The notes below the pieces were generated by a model. It saw only the letters and a program-made list of their open reading frames with translations. It did no database searches and had not been told where the DNA came from. The position numbers were made by a program, and so were the translations under genes. This document shows, in pieces, positions 1 through 13,006 of a stretch of 61,208 bases of DNA. Origin of the DNA: a virus. Lineage: Duplodnaviria > Caudoviricetes. The stretch spans positions 1 to 61,208 of IMG/VR virus record IMGVR_UViG_3300032227_000235; one strand, given 5' to 3'. How positions within the stretch are numbered: position 1 is the first letter of the stretch; each line of letters opens with the position of its first letter.

Positions 1-123
1 GCATGGCTGGCATTGTGATCATCGAGTGGTAATCCAATGACTGAGAAACCAGTTTGGAAAAAATCACGGCCAGAGGGATTAGGGAAATCCAAGTCTCTCG
101 ATCAGCAAGATAAAAATCGCGCA
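1..123. repeat. 123-bp direct repeat of the contig end (circular assembly overlap)
   Basis: 1-123 is identical to 61086-61208; the last ORF (ends 61117) and first ORF (starts 37) join seamlessly across it. Confidence 0.97.
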
Positions 124-438
124 AGGGCGATGGCCCGCGCTGCTGGCCGTCCGTATCCAAACTTAGTCGATAACATGCGCGCAGCTAAATCAACGGGCGG
201 CGGTGCTTGGACTCGCAAAGAAGGCAAGTCTGAGAGCGGCGGTCTGAATGATAAAGGGCGCGCATCTTTAAAGGCAGAAGGTCACGACATTAAACGCCCA
301 CAGCCAGAAGGCGGTTCTCGCAAGGATTCATTTTGCGCGAGAATGAAGGGCATGAAGTCAAAACTGACATCGAGCAAGACTGCAAATGATCCAGATAGCC
401 GGATCAATAAGTCATTGCGGAAATGGAAGTGTAGTTAA
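37..438 (+). CDS. Basic phage protein, DUF6321-like C-terminal domain
   Basis: AWTRKEGK..GGLN..GRAS...SFCARM.GMK...DPDSRINKSLRKWKC pattern seen in head modules of uncultured phages. Confidence 0.65.
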   Translation: MTEKPVWKKSRPEGLGKSKSLDQQDKNRARAMARAAGRPYPNLVDNMRAAKSTGGGAWTRKEGKSESGGLNDKGRASLKAEGHDIKRPQPEGGSRKDSFCARMKGMKSKLTSSKTANDPDSRINKSLRKWKCS

Positions 439-1151
439 TGGCTAAAAGCCTCTTTCAGCCTGATATTGGATCGATGACGTTATACGCATTCCAATTGCTT
501 GGTTTGCGTCCTACGTCTTTGCTGCAAGAGCATATTGAGTCTGCGCGCATGGCGACGAATATGTTGCTGTCGCGGTGGTCTGCCGAAGGTGTTAATCTCT
601 GGGAAGTCTCTCCTTTCGACATTCCATTGATTGAAGGCAAGGGAACATATCTGGCGCCTGATGATATTGTCGGATTGCTGGATGTATTTATTCGTCAACC
701 GAATGCTGGATCTCAATCGCAAGACATGGGCGGTTTAGACCGCATTATGATGTCTGTTGGTCGTTCTGAGTATGCTTCTTATCCTGATAAGCAACTAAGA
801 GGCTTTCCGGCTGTCTTCTGGTTTAATCAGCAAATTGATAGCACGATTAATATTTGGCCGGCACCGAATGATGGCTCGTTACGTTTGATGGGCTATTATT
901 TAAGGCAGATTCCATTAGTTGGTATGCAGAATGGTGGATCGGTTGCGCCAAGCGCATATCCGGAGATTCCTCTCTATTTCCAAGAAGCATTCATCTACGG
1001 TCTTGCTTCACGCCTAGCAATTATCTGGCTTCCTGAAAAAGCGCAGATGCTTGATATGCTTTCGAAAGAGGCTTATCAGGCTGCATCTGAGCAAAATGTT
1101 GAAGATACGCCGATTTACTTTAGCCCTCAAACAAGAGGGTATTTTATCTGA
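438..1151 (+). CDS. Putative head-tail adaptor / head completion protein
   Basis: N.LL..WS..GVNLW and Y..YP.K...G.P..F motifs; position after capsid genes; start overlaps previous stop. Confidence 0.6.
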   Translation: MAKSLFQPDIGSMTLYAFQLLGLRPTSLLQEHIESARMATNMLLSRWSAEGVNLWEVSPFDIPLIEGKGTYLAPDDIVGLLDVFIRQPNAGSQSQDMGGLDRIMMSVGRSEYASYPDKQLRGFPAVFWFNQQIDSTINIWPAPNDGSLRLMGYYLRQIPLVGMQNGGSVAPSAYPEIPLYFQEAFIYGLASRLAIIWLPEKAQMLDMLSKEAYQAASEQNVEDTPIYFSPQTRGYFI

Positions 1152-1958
1152 TGGGTTACGCTAGTCGCCTCGGTCGAGCTAGAATTAGCGCATCTGCTCC
1201 GCAAGCTGCGGGTGAATGCGACCGTTGCGGATTTATGTTCACGCTATCCTACTTGAAATGGCAAATGGATTATGCCGGCGCTGGATTGGTGAATAAGCGT
1301 TTGTTGGTTTGCCAAAAGTGCATGGATAGGCCACAGGATCAATTGCGCGCCATTGTTATCCCGGCTGATCCTGTTCCTGTCTCTAATTCGCGTCCTCCTA
1401 ATTTCGCAAAGCAGAGAACAGATAAGCGCATTACCATTGGTAAGCAGATCAAGCATCCATTTACGGGTCTCGTTACTAATACTGGTGATCAGCGTATTAC
1501 GGAAGATAAGCAAGATCGTATCGTTCAAAAGAACGGCGATGACATGCTGGCGCCTAAATATATTCAGTATTATCGCATTACTCAGGTTGGCGAATATCGA
1601 AAGACGCAAGCTAACGATAACCGCGTTACGAGTTTATTGTTCCCGATACCATTTCCACCGGGACCGGGACCAGCGCCGGATATAAATGGAATTCGCCTTA
1701 CACAGGCTGGATTAATTCGTGTCGATCAAAATGGTCGAGTTAGAGACATTACGATGCCTTCTCCAAGTGAGGTTCGCCTTACTCAGGATGGAAGGATTCG
1801 CATTACGCATGATGGACGTTTGAGAGATATTCAAAATCTCATGCGAGTTGTGAAAGGTAGATTGACGGTCAACGGCGGTGAGCGTGTGACACAGAGCAAT
1901 GGTCTGCGCGGTGCGATGGTTTATGGCCCTAGCGCGGAATTACTCAAAAGGAAAGACG

Positions 1959-1966
<8 letters not shown>
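1151..1966 (+). CDS. Zn-ribbon virion protein with C-terminal R-x-T-x-x-G-x-x-R repeats
   Basis: CDRCGF...VCQKCMD cysteine pairs followed by repeated RxT[QEH] units. Confidence 0.7.
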
Positions 1967-4070
<2,104 letters not shown>

Positions 4071-4071
4071 G

Positions 4072-6375
4072 ATGGCTGATATCCAGATCCCACAGCTACC
4101 TTCTGTTCCTAATATTAACGGAAACGAAGAGATCGAAGCTGTTCAAGAAGGTCGTTCCGTAAAGGTAACACTGAAACAGTTATCGACGCTTCCATATGGA
4201 CAGCCCGGAGCAACTGGTCCGACTGGTGCCACTGGTATTCCCGGACCTACGGGACCAGAAGGCGAGGCTCGTGGTGCGCTTTACTATCAAGGCACAGTTC
4301 CGGATGCTTCTGTTCTTCCTGCTACTGCGGAAGATGGTCAGGCATTTGTTGCATTAGATACTGGTCGTCTCTGGGTCTACAAAGCAGTTGGCTCTCCTTT
4401 GAGATTGGGTGTGCCGGTTGGATGGTCTGATGTCGGTTATGCTTCTGCTGGTATCACTGGTGCGACTGGTCCGACTGGTCCGATAGGTGATGGCATTACC
4501 TATAAGGGACAAATTGCGACAAAAAGCGCATTACCAATGACGGGCAATGCTCGTGGTGATGCGTATGTTACGCAAGATAGTTTGCGTCTTTACATCTGGA
4601 ATTCGACTGCATGGGATGACAATGGCCCGGTTTCATTTGGTGCAACTGGCGCCACAGGACCGACTGGCGCGACTGGCGTTACGGGTGCTACGGGACAATC
4701 AATTACTGGTCCGACTGGTCCGACTGGTGATACTGGCGCTGCCGGACAGACGGCTAATCTAAAGGGCGATATCACTAATCGTTTGCCTTCTGAATTGCCT
4801 TCAGATGGTTTGATACCGAAAGATTTTGATGGCCCTGGAAATCCACCGATTGATATTCAATTACAGCCGAAAGATGCATTACTCTACAATGGAACGGGTG
4901 ATCCTGTTCATACTGGTTGCATTTACATCTTTGAAGGTAGTGGTGGATTAGAAGTTACTGGTTGGATTAACGCTGGTCGTATTGTTGGCCCGACCGGCTC
5001 AACTGGCGCCACAGGCGCTACTGGTCCAACCGGCGCGACTGGTGCATCTATCACAGGTGCTACGGGACCAACTGGATTGCAGGGTGTTACGGGCGCGACG
5101 GGCGCGACGGGTAATACTGGCCCTGTTTCAAAAGGTCTTCAGTATAAAGGTCAGGTCAATACAGTTGGCGATCTTCCTGTTGCCGGCGTTGTTGAAGGCG
5201 ACTCTTACACAGTAAAAGCTGATAACGATCTTTATATTTGGGACGGTAGTAAATGGACAAACAACGGTAGTGTTTCTGTTGGTCCAAAAGGTGATACTGG
5301 TCCGACTGGTCCGACTGGTCCTGCGTCTACTTTACCGGGACCGAAAGGTGATACTGGTCCAACTGGTCCTACTGGTTTGCAATCTACATTACCGGGACCA
5401 ACTGGTGCGACGGGAGCTACGGGCAACACAGGCAACACAGGTCCGGCTGTAACCGGTGCAACTGGTTCAACTGGTAATACTGGCGCGACTGGTCCTACTG
5501 GTTTGTCTCCGAATATATCTGTGTCTTCTACTACCGGAGCGCCGGGAACACAGGCGTCAGTAGTAAAGTCAGGTGCGGCTGATGCGCCAAATTTTGCTTT
5601 TACAATTCCGCAAGGCCCAACGGGACCACAAGGTCCGGCTGGTAGCTTTTCACTTGGCAATAAAGGCCCAATTACAGTTAATAGCGATACCAATTGGGCG
5701 CTAAATAGCGGTGTCGTTGGTGTTGGAAATCTTAATTTTACTCCCGTTACACTTAGTGCGAATAATACTTTTACAGGCTCAAACACATTTTCAGGCGAAC
5801 TTTTTAGTGTCACGTCTGGCAATATAGGCTTAGGTGGATCCGGTGTTTCTGTAACAACAGGTTTTGCCTTGTTTGGAGCGTCCGCCAATCCAAACGGGCC
5901 TATAGTAGAATTTAGGAAACAAAATGGCACATATATGGCCGCAGTTGCCTGTGATGGCAACTACAGCACAAAGGGCAGTGTAAATTTTTACTCTGCGACT
6001 AAACCCGGAAATGTTTTAATAAGTAACTTAGATAACGGCGATCTCGTAATTTCAGGACAGTATTTCCCTGCTTCAGACAAGCGATTAAAAACAAACATTA
6101 CGAATATACCGCTAAACGAAGCAATGGATAAAGTCCGTCAATTACAAGGTGTCAGATATAATCGTGTTGATCACGCGGATGGCGCAACGCGCATTGGATT
6201 TATTGCAGATGATGTTGAGCTATTGTTTCCAGAAATAATTAGTTCAACAAACATAAGCAATGTTGATCAAGAGCCAAACATCATTAAGACAATGTGCTAC
6301 GACTCTCTTATTGCTGTTTTGTGCGAAGCCGTAAAAGAAATGGATGCTCGATTAAAAGCCTTAGAGGGCAAATAA
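4072..6375 (+). CDS. Collagen-like tail fibre 2 with peptidase S74 intramolecular chaperone
   Basis: Paralog of fibre 1; GPT/GAT repeats; SDKRLKTNI...IGFIADDV...[14 protein letters not shown]. Confidence 0.9.
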   Translation: MADIQIPQLPSVPNINGNEEIEAVQEGRSVKVTLKQLSTLPYGQPGATGPTGATGIPGPTGPEGEARGALYYQGTVPDASVLPATAEDGQAFVALDTGRLWVYKAVGSPLRLGVPVGWSDVGYASAGITGATGPTGPIGDGITYKGQIATKSALPMTGNARGDAYVTQDSLRLYIWNSTAWDDNGPVSFGATGATGPTGATGVTGATGQSITGPTGPTGDTGAAGQTANLKGDITNRLPSELPSDGLIPKDFDGPGNPPIDIQLQPKDALLYNGTGDPVHTGCIYIFEGSGGLEVTGWINAGRIVGPTGSTGATGATGPTGATGASITGATGPTGLQGVTGATGATGNTGPVSKGLQYKGQVNTVGDLPVAGVVEGDSYTVKADNDLYIWDGSKWTNNGSVSVGPKGDTGPTGPTGPASTLPGPKGDTGPTGPTGLQSTLPGPTGATGATGNTGNTGPAVTGATGSTGNTGATGPTGLSPNISVSSTTGAPGTQASVVKSGAADAPNFAFTIPQGPTGPQGPAGSFSLGNKGPITVNSDTNWALNSGVVGVGNLNFTPVTLSANNTFTGSNTFSGELFSVTSGNIGLGGSGVSVTTGFALFGASANPNGPIVEFRKQNGTYMAAVACDGNYSTKGSVNFYSATKPGNVLISNLDNGDLVISGQYFPASDKRLKTNITNIPLNEAMDKVRQLQGVRYNRVDHADGATRIGFIADDVELLFPEIISSTNISNVDQEPNIIKTMCYDSLIAVLCEAVKEMDARLKALEGK

Positions 6376-7454
6376 TGAAGATCTGCGTCTACGCAATAGC
6401 AAAGAACGAGGCAAAGCATGTCAAACGATTTTGTGAATCCGCGTCAGGCGCAGATTACATCGTTATCGCAGATACGGGATCAGAGGACGACACGGTGCAG
6501 ATCGCGCACGATTGCGGAGCCAGTGTCTACTCTATCACTGTTACACCTTGGCGGTTTGATACTGCTCGCAACGCTGCTTTGGCTTTGGTTCCCGCCGATG
6601 TCGATGTCTGCGTCTCTCTTGATCTTGATGAAGTTCTAGAACCGGGATGGCGTGAAGAGATCGAGCGGATGTGGGTAGCGGGCGTTACTCGTCTGCGTCA
6701 TAGGTTCGATTTTACGCAAGGGCATGTTTATGAAGCTATGCGGGTTCATGCGCGTCATGGCTACATCTGGAAGTTTCCTTGCCATGAATTTCAGGTTCCA
6801 GATCCTCGCATAGTCGAATTGACTGTTACGTCTTCGATGATCTTGATCTCGCATAAGCCGGATAAAGATAAGAGCCGTGGTCAGTATATTGATATGCTGG
6901 AGATGGCGCTGAAGGAAAATCCTGACTGCACGAGAAGTCAATTCTATTATGCTCGTGAATTGTTTTATTACTCAAGATGGGCTGATGCTATTTTGGAATT
7001 TGATAAGTATCTATCAAAGCCTGATGCAACATGGAATGCGGAGAGGTGCTATGCTCTTCGTATAACCGGCGAGTGCTATGACTCAATTGCTGATCACAAG
7101 AATGCTGAGATCAGATTTATGCGGGCCTGTGCTGAATATCCTACGACACGAGATCCGTGGCTATCGTTAGCGCGGCATTATCACCATCGTAAGATGTGGT
7201 CTGAATGCTTTGGCGCCATTAGTCGGTTATTCCAGATTGAAGAGCGCAATTATGATTATGTTGCGTTGCCTAATAGCTGGTCGCATGAGCCGCATGATTT
7301 AGCAGCATTGGCTGCTTGGAACATGGGTTTGAGAAGTGAGGCTATTTATCACGGTAGGAAAGCTGTCGAATTATCTCCTGATGATATTCGCCTAGCGGAT
7401 AATCTAAAGTGGTATCTTGGCGAGAAGAATATCGAGGTTGCTGATGCAGCTTGA
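6375..7454 (+). CDS. GT2 glycosyltransferase with C-terminal TPR repeats
   Basis: KICVYAIAKNE, DTGSEDDT, RFDTARN, DLDE (DxD) and HE motifs; helical TPR-like C half; TAATG coupling to fibre 2. Confidence 0.9.
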   Translation: MKICVYAIAKNEAKHVKRFCESASGADYIVIADTGSEDDTVQIAHDCGASVYSITVTPWRFDTARNAALALVPADVDVCVSLDLDEVLEPGWREEIERMWVAGVTRLRHRFDFTQGHVYEAMRVHARHGYIWKFPCHEFQVPDPRIVELTVTSSMILISHKPDKDKSRGQYIDMLEMALKENPDCTRSQFYYARELFYYSRWADAILEFDKYLSKPDATWNAERCYALRITGECYDSIADHKNAEIRFMRACAEYPTTRDPWLSLARHYHHRKMWSECFGAISRLFQIEERNYDYVALPNSWSHEPHDLAALAAWNMGLRSEAIYHGRKAVELSPDDIRLADNLKWYLGEKNIEVADAA

Positions 7455-8235
7455 TGCTTTCTTCAAAACCGTTCGCCGGACGATATTTGGCGGATCTTTA
7501 ACGGTCGGTCAGGTCGAAGGCATGGAGAAGATCCTTGCCTATTGGGAAGAGACATATCCTCGTATGCCTCTTGATGAGATGGCGTATGTCTTAGCGACGA
7601 TTGCTTGGGAGACGGGCCGCAGGATGGTTCCGGTTCGTGAGGGTGGTGGAGAGAGATATTTACGGACGAAGAAATATTATCCGTGGGTTGGTGAGGGTCT
7701 CGTTCAGGTAACGTGGGAAACAAATGCACGGAAGCTAGGCGCCAAAAAGCCTGGTGATTTAATGCAATGGCCGATTGCTCTTCATGCTGCTTTTTACGGT
7801 ATGACGACCGGTATGTTCACTGGCAAGAAGCTATCTGATTATATCGCCAATGGTCGTAGAGATTATATTGGCGCTAGAAGGATTATTAACGGCGTAGATA
7901 GAGCTTCTGAGATTGCAAAATATGCGGATGATTTTCGTATTGCGCTGTTGATATCTCGCAAGCCAGTTGCGCCTCCTGCTCCTGCTCCTGCTCCTATCCC
8001 GGATATTCCGAATGTTCCTGTTGCGGATTACGATCAATTCCGTTCGTGGCTATTGAAAGCTATGGCGGAAGATCCGGAGGTCCGTGGCGCGTTGCTTGCG
8101 GTTGTGTTCCCGGACGATCCTGAAGGCGATCCAGATCCAATGGATGCGCCGCATAGCGAATATGGGCCTGAATATGATCCGGAATATACTCCGGAAGTCG
8201 CCTATGCCGAAGAGCCGGATGCCAGATATGGTTGA
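7444..8235 (+). CDS. Endolysin, GH19-like lysozyme fold, with Pro/acidic C-terminal tail
   Basis: AYVLAT..WET, G.GLVQVTW, FTGKKLSDYI, ARRIING.DRA..IA motifs. Confidence 0.8.
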   Translation: MQLDAFFKTVRRTIFGGSLTVGQVEGMEKILAYWEETYPRMPLDEMAYVLATIAWETGRRMVPVREGGGERYLRTKKYYPWVGEGLVQVTWETNARKLGAKKPGDLMQWPIALHAAFYGMTTGMFTGKKLSDYIANGRRDYIGARRIINGVDRASEIAKYADDFRIALLISRKPVAPPAPAPAPIPDIPNVPVADYDQFRSWLLKAMAEDPEVRGALLAVVFPDDPEGDPDPMDAPHSEYGPEYDPEYTPEVAYAEEPDARYG

Positions 8236-8617
8236 TAAGCCGCCGCCATATCGGCGCCCGATGCCTCCTGATTACTCGCCACCGGATGTCGTGGTGCATG
8301 ACGCCAATAATGTGAAGGGCGTTGTTGGTGGTGTTTTAGCTGCTTACAGGGTCAATCCTATCTTGATTGCTATGATCCTTTTGCTTTTGACGATCTTGGG
8401 CGCCGTTGGCTGGTATGCGACTCGTAATGACGATCGGATTTATGCCTATATTGCTCTGCGAGATAAGCGCGAGAGTGATCTATGGGATCGTCTTGTTGAA
8501 ATGGCGATAAAGTGTAGGGACAAGGATATTGATAAAACAGATAGTTTTCCGCTCCCGAATTTCCCGCCTTTGACTAGTGGTGGACCGTCTTTCAAACCAA
8601 AGGAAAACAAGCGGTAG
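8228..8617 (+). CDS. Single-TM membrane protein, putative holin
   Basis: Hydrophobic ILIAMILLLLTILGAVGW segment; overlaps the endolysin stop. Confidence 0.5.
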   Translation: MVDKPPPYRRPMPPDYSPPDVVVHDANNVKGVVGGVLAAYRVNPILIAMILLLLTILGAVGWYATRNDDRIYAYIALRDKRESDLWDRLVEMAIKCRDKDIDKTDSFPLPNFPPLTSGGPSFKPKENKR

Positions 8618-8689
8618 GGCTTACAATTCCGGGCGAATTGATATACAACATTCGGTTAAATCCGAAGCAAAACCGCGGCATTCAAGATT

Positions 8690-9421
8690 ATGACGACCGG
8701 CCTAAATTATACAGGGTTCGTAAAGCAGATCGCCCGCATGGCTGTGGTCGAGGAGGATGATCCTAATTTTTTGGATATCCTGCCGCAAGCTATCACTTAT
8801 GCCGAAAATCGGATTTACCGCGACCTAGATTTTCTTTTTACGTCGATCGCTAACGAAGATTATAACCTGATCGCAAACCGCCGCGAATTGACGGTTAGGG
8901 CTGGCACGTTTGTTGTGCTTGAACAGGTGAATGTTGTGACGCCGGTAAGCGCCTTCACGGCTGATGATGGCGTTCGCAATCCATTGTTGCCGGTTACGAG
9001 AGATTTCATAGACGCAACATGCAATTCTGCTGCTGGTGCGACTGTTCCTAAATATTTTGCTGTTGTTGGTAATGAGGGCGGCAATCTTTCTATCATTGTT
9101 GGGCCGCGTCCTGATGCAGCATACAAAGTAGAGCTGGTAGGAACATTCCGCCCTGACAGTCTTTCTGCGTCTAATACGACTACATTTGTCAGTAGTAATC
9201 TTCCAGATCTGCTGACGATGGCTGCGATGATTTATATTTCCGGCTATCAGCGCAATTTTGGCGCTACTGCGGCGAACGATCCTCAGATGCCGATTAGCTA
9301 TGAAACGCAGTATCAGGCGTTGTTGATGGGCGCGATGAGTGAGGAAAGCCGCAAGAAGTTTGAGGCGGCTGCTTGGTCTTCAAAATCATCATCTCCAGCC
9401 AGTAAACCGACGCGAGGGTAA
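8690..9421 (+). CDS. Tail adaptor / tail tubular protein A-like
   Basis: I..AENRI.RDL, PKYFA, GP.PD..Y.VE, PDLL..A motifs typical of podovirus adaptors. Confidence 0.7.
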   Translation: MTTGLNYTGFVKQIARMAVVEEDDPNFLDILPQAITYAENRIYRDLDFLFTSIANEDYNLIANRRELTVRAGTFVVLEQVNVVTPVSAFTADDGVRNPLLPVTRDFIDATCNSAAGATVPKYFAVVGNEGGNLSIIVGPRPDAAYKVELVGTFRPDSLSASNTTTFVSSNLPDLLTMAAMIYISGYQRNFGATAANDPQMPISYETQYQALLMGAMSEESRKKFEAAAWSSKSSSPASKPTRG

Positions 9422-9424
9422 GCA

Positions 9425-11722
9425 ATGGCCCATGCGACGATGAAATTGGCGGCTGGCGTCAATCAGAATAAAACGCCGGCATTAAATGAAGCGGCGTTTA
9501 GCGAGACTAATCTCGTTCGTTTTATGCCTGACAAGAGTGGTCTTGGTCTTGTTCAGAAACTAGGCGGATGGACTAAGTTCTATCCTTCAGGATTTGGCAC
9601 AACGATCCGCGCACTTTGGGCATGGCAAGATTCAATCCCAGAAAAGCATCTTGCTGTTGGCGCCCAAAGCGAAGCCGTCAAAATGACTAGCGGTCAGGGA
9701 AATGGCGCACAGGCTATATTTCAATATTCTGGCCCGCGAATATTTACGGTAGGATCTACGATTACCGTTACAGGATTTGTTCCTGAAGAGTATAACGGCG
9801 TTTTTACTGTTCTACGTTCTACGCCGGGAGAGATTATCTATCCTTGTGCTGAAAAAGGACAGGTCAGTGAATTTGGTGAGATCTCTACGGGTGACTCTCT
9901 TTATGTGATAACGGAGAATTCTCGCGTTATATTGACGCCAACATTTACAACAAGTGAGCCGCAAACTGCTCTTTCGACTATTAGTGGATCTGCAAAGGTT
10001 ACTGTTAAAGATCCGGGATCAAAGGTTGTTGACGGCGATAGTGTTTATATTAAAACGCAGATTAGTGTTGGTGGGATCATTATATTTGGCACATATCCGG
10101 CAACTAATCTGAGTGATGATAAATATACTATTGTCTCGCGCAATATATTAGGCTCCGCTAATCCGGCAGATAAAACGCTGGTAGATACAGGGTTTCTTCC
10201 TCGATTTTTATTCACGCAGAATTCTGCCGAAGTCACGGTTATATTGCCTGATCATGGCTATAGCGACGGCGATACGTTCCCGATTTTAATCCCGGTATAT
10301 AATGGTTCATTAAAGCTAGACGGTAATTTTATTGTATCTGTTGCTGAAGGCACTGATGCAAAGGATCGTTTTACTATTCAGGCTACACGTCTTTACAAAG
10401 GAGATGGGCGCCCGGAAGTAACGCTGAATAATGGCGTTCCGTATTTAGAATATTATCGTTCTCCCGGCCCGATGCCGACAAGTGTTGGCTATGGCGTTGG
10501 CGGCTATGGTCTCGGTGGCTATGGCGTAGGCGAAGAAGATCAGACGCAATTAACTGGTGGTCGCGGTATTCCGATTGTTGCAAAGGATTGGACTTTAGAT
10601 AATTGGGCTGATGAGCTAATTTCTTGTCCTGTTGGCGGCGCTATTTATCGCTGGAATCCTCTTCTGGGAACAGCGCAAGCGACGTTAATCCCGAATGCTC
10701 CGATGATTAGCGACGGCATGTTTGTCGCCATGCCACAAAGGCAGATTGTCTCATGGGCAACTACATTTAACGGAATTCAAGATCCTCTTTTGATCCGTTG
10801 GTGTGATGTCAATAACTATGACGCATGGGTTGCGACTGTTACTAATCAAGCTGGATCTTTCCGTATATCGAAGGGATCTCGTATTGTCGGTGGCATACAA
10901 GGCCCACAGCAAGGCTTGATCTGGACTGATCTCGCTGTCTGGTCGATGCAATATTCTGGCTTGCCTCTTGTTTATCAGTTCACAGAGATCGGAACGGGTT
11001 GTGGATTAATCGGTCGCAAAGCTGCTGGTTCTATGTCTGGCGCCGTATTTTGGATGGGCGTTAGCCAATTCTTTATGCTTGGCGGTTCTGGTGTCCAAAC
11101 AATTAACTGTCCTGTTTGGGATGTTGTATTTCAGGATCTAGATACTAATAACGTCGATAAGATCCGTTTTGCGGCAAACAGTAATTTTGGTGAGGTTGCC
11201 TGGTTCTTCCCGACAAAATCATCAAACGGTGAACCGACACGATACGTTAAATATAATACGCAGTTAGATGCTTGGGATTATGGATCTCTTGATCGGACGG
11301 CTTGGATTAATCAGAATGTTTATGGTCCTCCGATTGGCGCCGGTTTAAGCAATTACATTTATCAGCATGAAACATCGTTGGACGCTGATGGCGTCCCTAT
11401 GAAATCATGGTTTCAAACTGGCTACGCTCAAATGGGCGAGGGTGAATACAAGCTATTTATTGATCAGGTATGGCCCGATTTTAAGTGGAATTATTTTGAT
11501 CAAGATACGAGCGCGCAATTAGACTTGTCATTCTATGTTACAGACTATCCCGGCGATAGCCCGCGTAAGCATGGGCCTTATCGAATGAATAAGGCAAAGG
11601 ATTTTATAAGCCCTCGATTTAGAGGTCGTCTTGTTTCCATCAAGGTCGAGAGTAGCGATTACAATTCTTTCTGGCGGATAGGCGCTATGCGCTACCGCTA
11701 TACGCCGGATGGGAAGTTCTAA
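9425..11722 (+). CDS. Tail nozzle / tail tubular protein B-like (beta-propeller) protein
   Basis: N-terminal NLVRF...QKLGGW; LIWTD, GCGLIG, VFWMG, RFRGR motifs; podovirus tail position. Confidence 0.75.
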   Translation: MAHATMKLAAGVNQNKTPALNEAAFSETNLVRFMPDKSGLGLVQKLGGWTKFYPSGFGTTIRALWAWQDSIPEKHLAVGAQSEAVKMTSGQGNGAQAIFQYSGPRIFTVGSTITVTGFVPEEYNGVFTVLRSTPGEIIYPCAEKGQVSEFGEISTGDSLYVITENSRVILTPTFTTSEPQTALSTISGSAKVTVKDPGSKVVDGDSVYIKTQISVGGIIIFGTYPATNLSDDKYTIVSRNILGSANPADKTLVDTGFLPRFLFTQNSAEVTVILPDHGYSDGDTFPILIPVYNGSLKLDGNFIVSVAEGTDAKDRFTIQATRLYKGDGRPEVTLNNGVPYLEYYRSPGPMPTSVGYGVGGYGLGGYGVGEEDQTQLTGGRGIPIVAKDWTLDNWADELISCPVGGAIYRWNPLLGTAQATLIPNAPMISDGMFVAMPQRQIVSWATTFNGIQDPLLIRWCDVNNYDAWVATVTNQAGSFRISKGSRIVGGIQGPQQGLIWTDLAVWSMQYSGLPLVYQFTEIGTGCGLIGRKAAGSMSGAVFWMGVSQFFMLGGSGVQTINCPVWDVVFQDLDTNNVDKIRFAANSNFGEVAWFFPTKSSNGEPTRYVKYNTQLDAWDYGSLDRTAWINQNVYGPPIGAGLSNYIYQHETSLDADGVPMKSWFQTGYAQMGEGEYKLFIDQVWPDFKWNYFDQDTSAQLDLSFYVTDYPGDSPRKHGPYRMNKAKDFISPRFRGRLVSIKVESSDYNSFWRIGAMRYRYTPDGKF

Positions 11723-12087
11723 TGGCCACGATCGATGATCTCTTTACAGCGCAGAAGAATGGCGTCGTCGCTATTAATACGCTGAACCAGACATGGCTTC
11801 TTTATAATCGCAGACAGCATGGCGACCATACATCCAAGTGTGTGACTGTTCCTACGCTTATTACAACTGGCAAGGGATATATTGCTACGGTTTCGGTTGT
11901 TGATGAGGGTAAGACTACGGGCTTGATCTACAATTATGGATCTATTGAGCAAGTTTCTCCTGATGCACGACTTGTCGCTATTCCAAAAGAGATCGGTGTT
12001 TTTCGCGTAGATTGTCAATTCGATAAAGGCATTGTTGTTATTCCAGGTGATGATCATGCAATCACCGTAACATTCACGTTGGATTGA
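11722..12087 (+). CDS. Conserved small tail-module protein
   Basis: Coupled ORF; ATIDD..TAQKNGVVAIN start; beta-rich. Confidence 0.6.
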   Translation: MATIDDLFTAQKNGVVAINTLNQTWLLYNRRQHGDHTSKCVTVPTLITTGKGYIATVSVVDEGKTTGLIYNYGSIEQVSPDARLVAIPKEIGVFRVDCQFDKGIVVIPGDDHAITVTFTLD

Positions 12088-12089
12088 AT

Positions 12090-12470
12090 ATGGCTTATCC
12101 TGCGAACAAAGTTTGGGTTGGTCCTATCCCGTCTGATGTCTGCGGGAGAACGGATCATTTGCCGGTTAATGTTCCGGCTGGAGCGTATGTGATTACTGCT
12201 GACAATGTGTCTGCATCTGGAGAGGGAAACACCATTGCGGGCTTTAAGGCTTTGAATGGTTTCTTTGGAATTCAGAAATATCGCGGTGGAGAAAAGCGAG
12301 AGGTTCTTGTTGCTGGTGGCGAATATGTCGTCGATCCGCAATGCGTTGAAAATTATGTTGGCGGTGGAGATCTGGAAGCCGGTCAACATGCTCTTGATGG
12401 ATTTCAAATATTAAATCGCAAGAAGCATATTGATACGCTGAAGAATCTACCTGGGCCGAAAAAGGATTAA
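12090..12470 (+). CDS. Small protein with two G-[EA]-Y-V modules (tape-measure C-terminal-like)
   Basis: GRTDHLPVNVPAGAYVITADNV and VLVAGGEYVVDPQCV; resembles the GTSDSIPAxLSxGEFV motif. Confidence 0.6.
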   Translation: MAYPANKVWVGPIPSDVCGRTDHLPVNVPAGAYVITADNVSASGEGNTIAGFKALNGFFGIQKYRGGEKREVLVAGGEYVVDPQCVENYVGGGDLEAGQHALDGFQILNRKKHIDTLKNLPGPKKD

Positions 12471-12473
12471 TAG

Positions 12474-13001
12474 ATGGCTTCTGAGATCAAAGTTCGGATA
12501 GCTACGCCGCAGGATGTCCATGAAGTAATGGATATGGCGATAGCATCTATTGCTGAAACTGGAATGGCGGAAGCTGATCCTGAGATGATCCTTGGTCAGG
12601 TATGGCCGGCGCTAAATCGTTGGTGCGGTATTGTTGGCATAATCGGCAAGACTGGCGAGAGTGCTGAAGGTTGTGTGCTTATGGGCCTTTCTGGTCTTTG
12701 GTATAGCCGCACTCAATTTATTGAAGAAAAGTTTTCTTATGTTCGTCCTGATTTCAGATCAGAGCGTGGCGCCGAAGGTGGACGCGCAACAAAGCTGATG
12801 GAATTTTCGAAAGCTGTTTCAGATGGAATTGAGATGCCGCTTGTTATGGGCGGCTCTGATGCAATCACAGGCAAGTCTATCAAAGGAAAGCGTCGTCTCT
12901 ACAGCCGTATGTTTGGCCGTCAGGTTGGCGCGTATTTCTTGTATGACGCGGCGTCAAGAAAGGGCGCAATGTCTGCTGAAACTGTTATTGTGGAAGGATA
13001 A
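12474..13001 (+). CDS. GNAT-fold virion assembly protein
   Basis: VRIATPQDV start, YVRPDFR..GG.A..LM acetyl-CoA-binding-like motif; sits just before ejection proteins. Confidence 0.65.
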   Translation: MASEIKVRIATPQDVHEVMDMAIASIAETGMAEADPEMILGQVWPALNRWCGIVGIIGKTGESAEGCVLMGLSGLWYSRTQFIEEKFSYVRPDFRSERGAEGGRATKLMEFSKAVSDGIEMPLVMGGSDAITGKSIKGKRRLYSRMFGRQVGAYFLYDAASRKGAMSAETVIVEG

Positions 13002-13006
13002 GAGCA

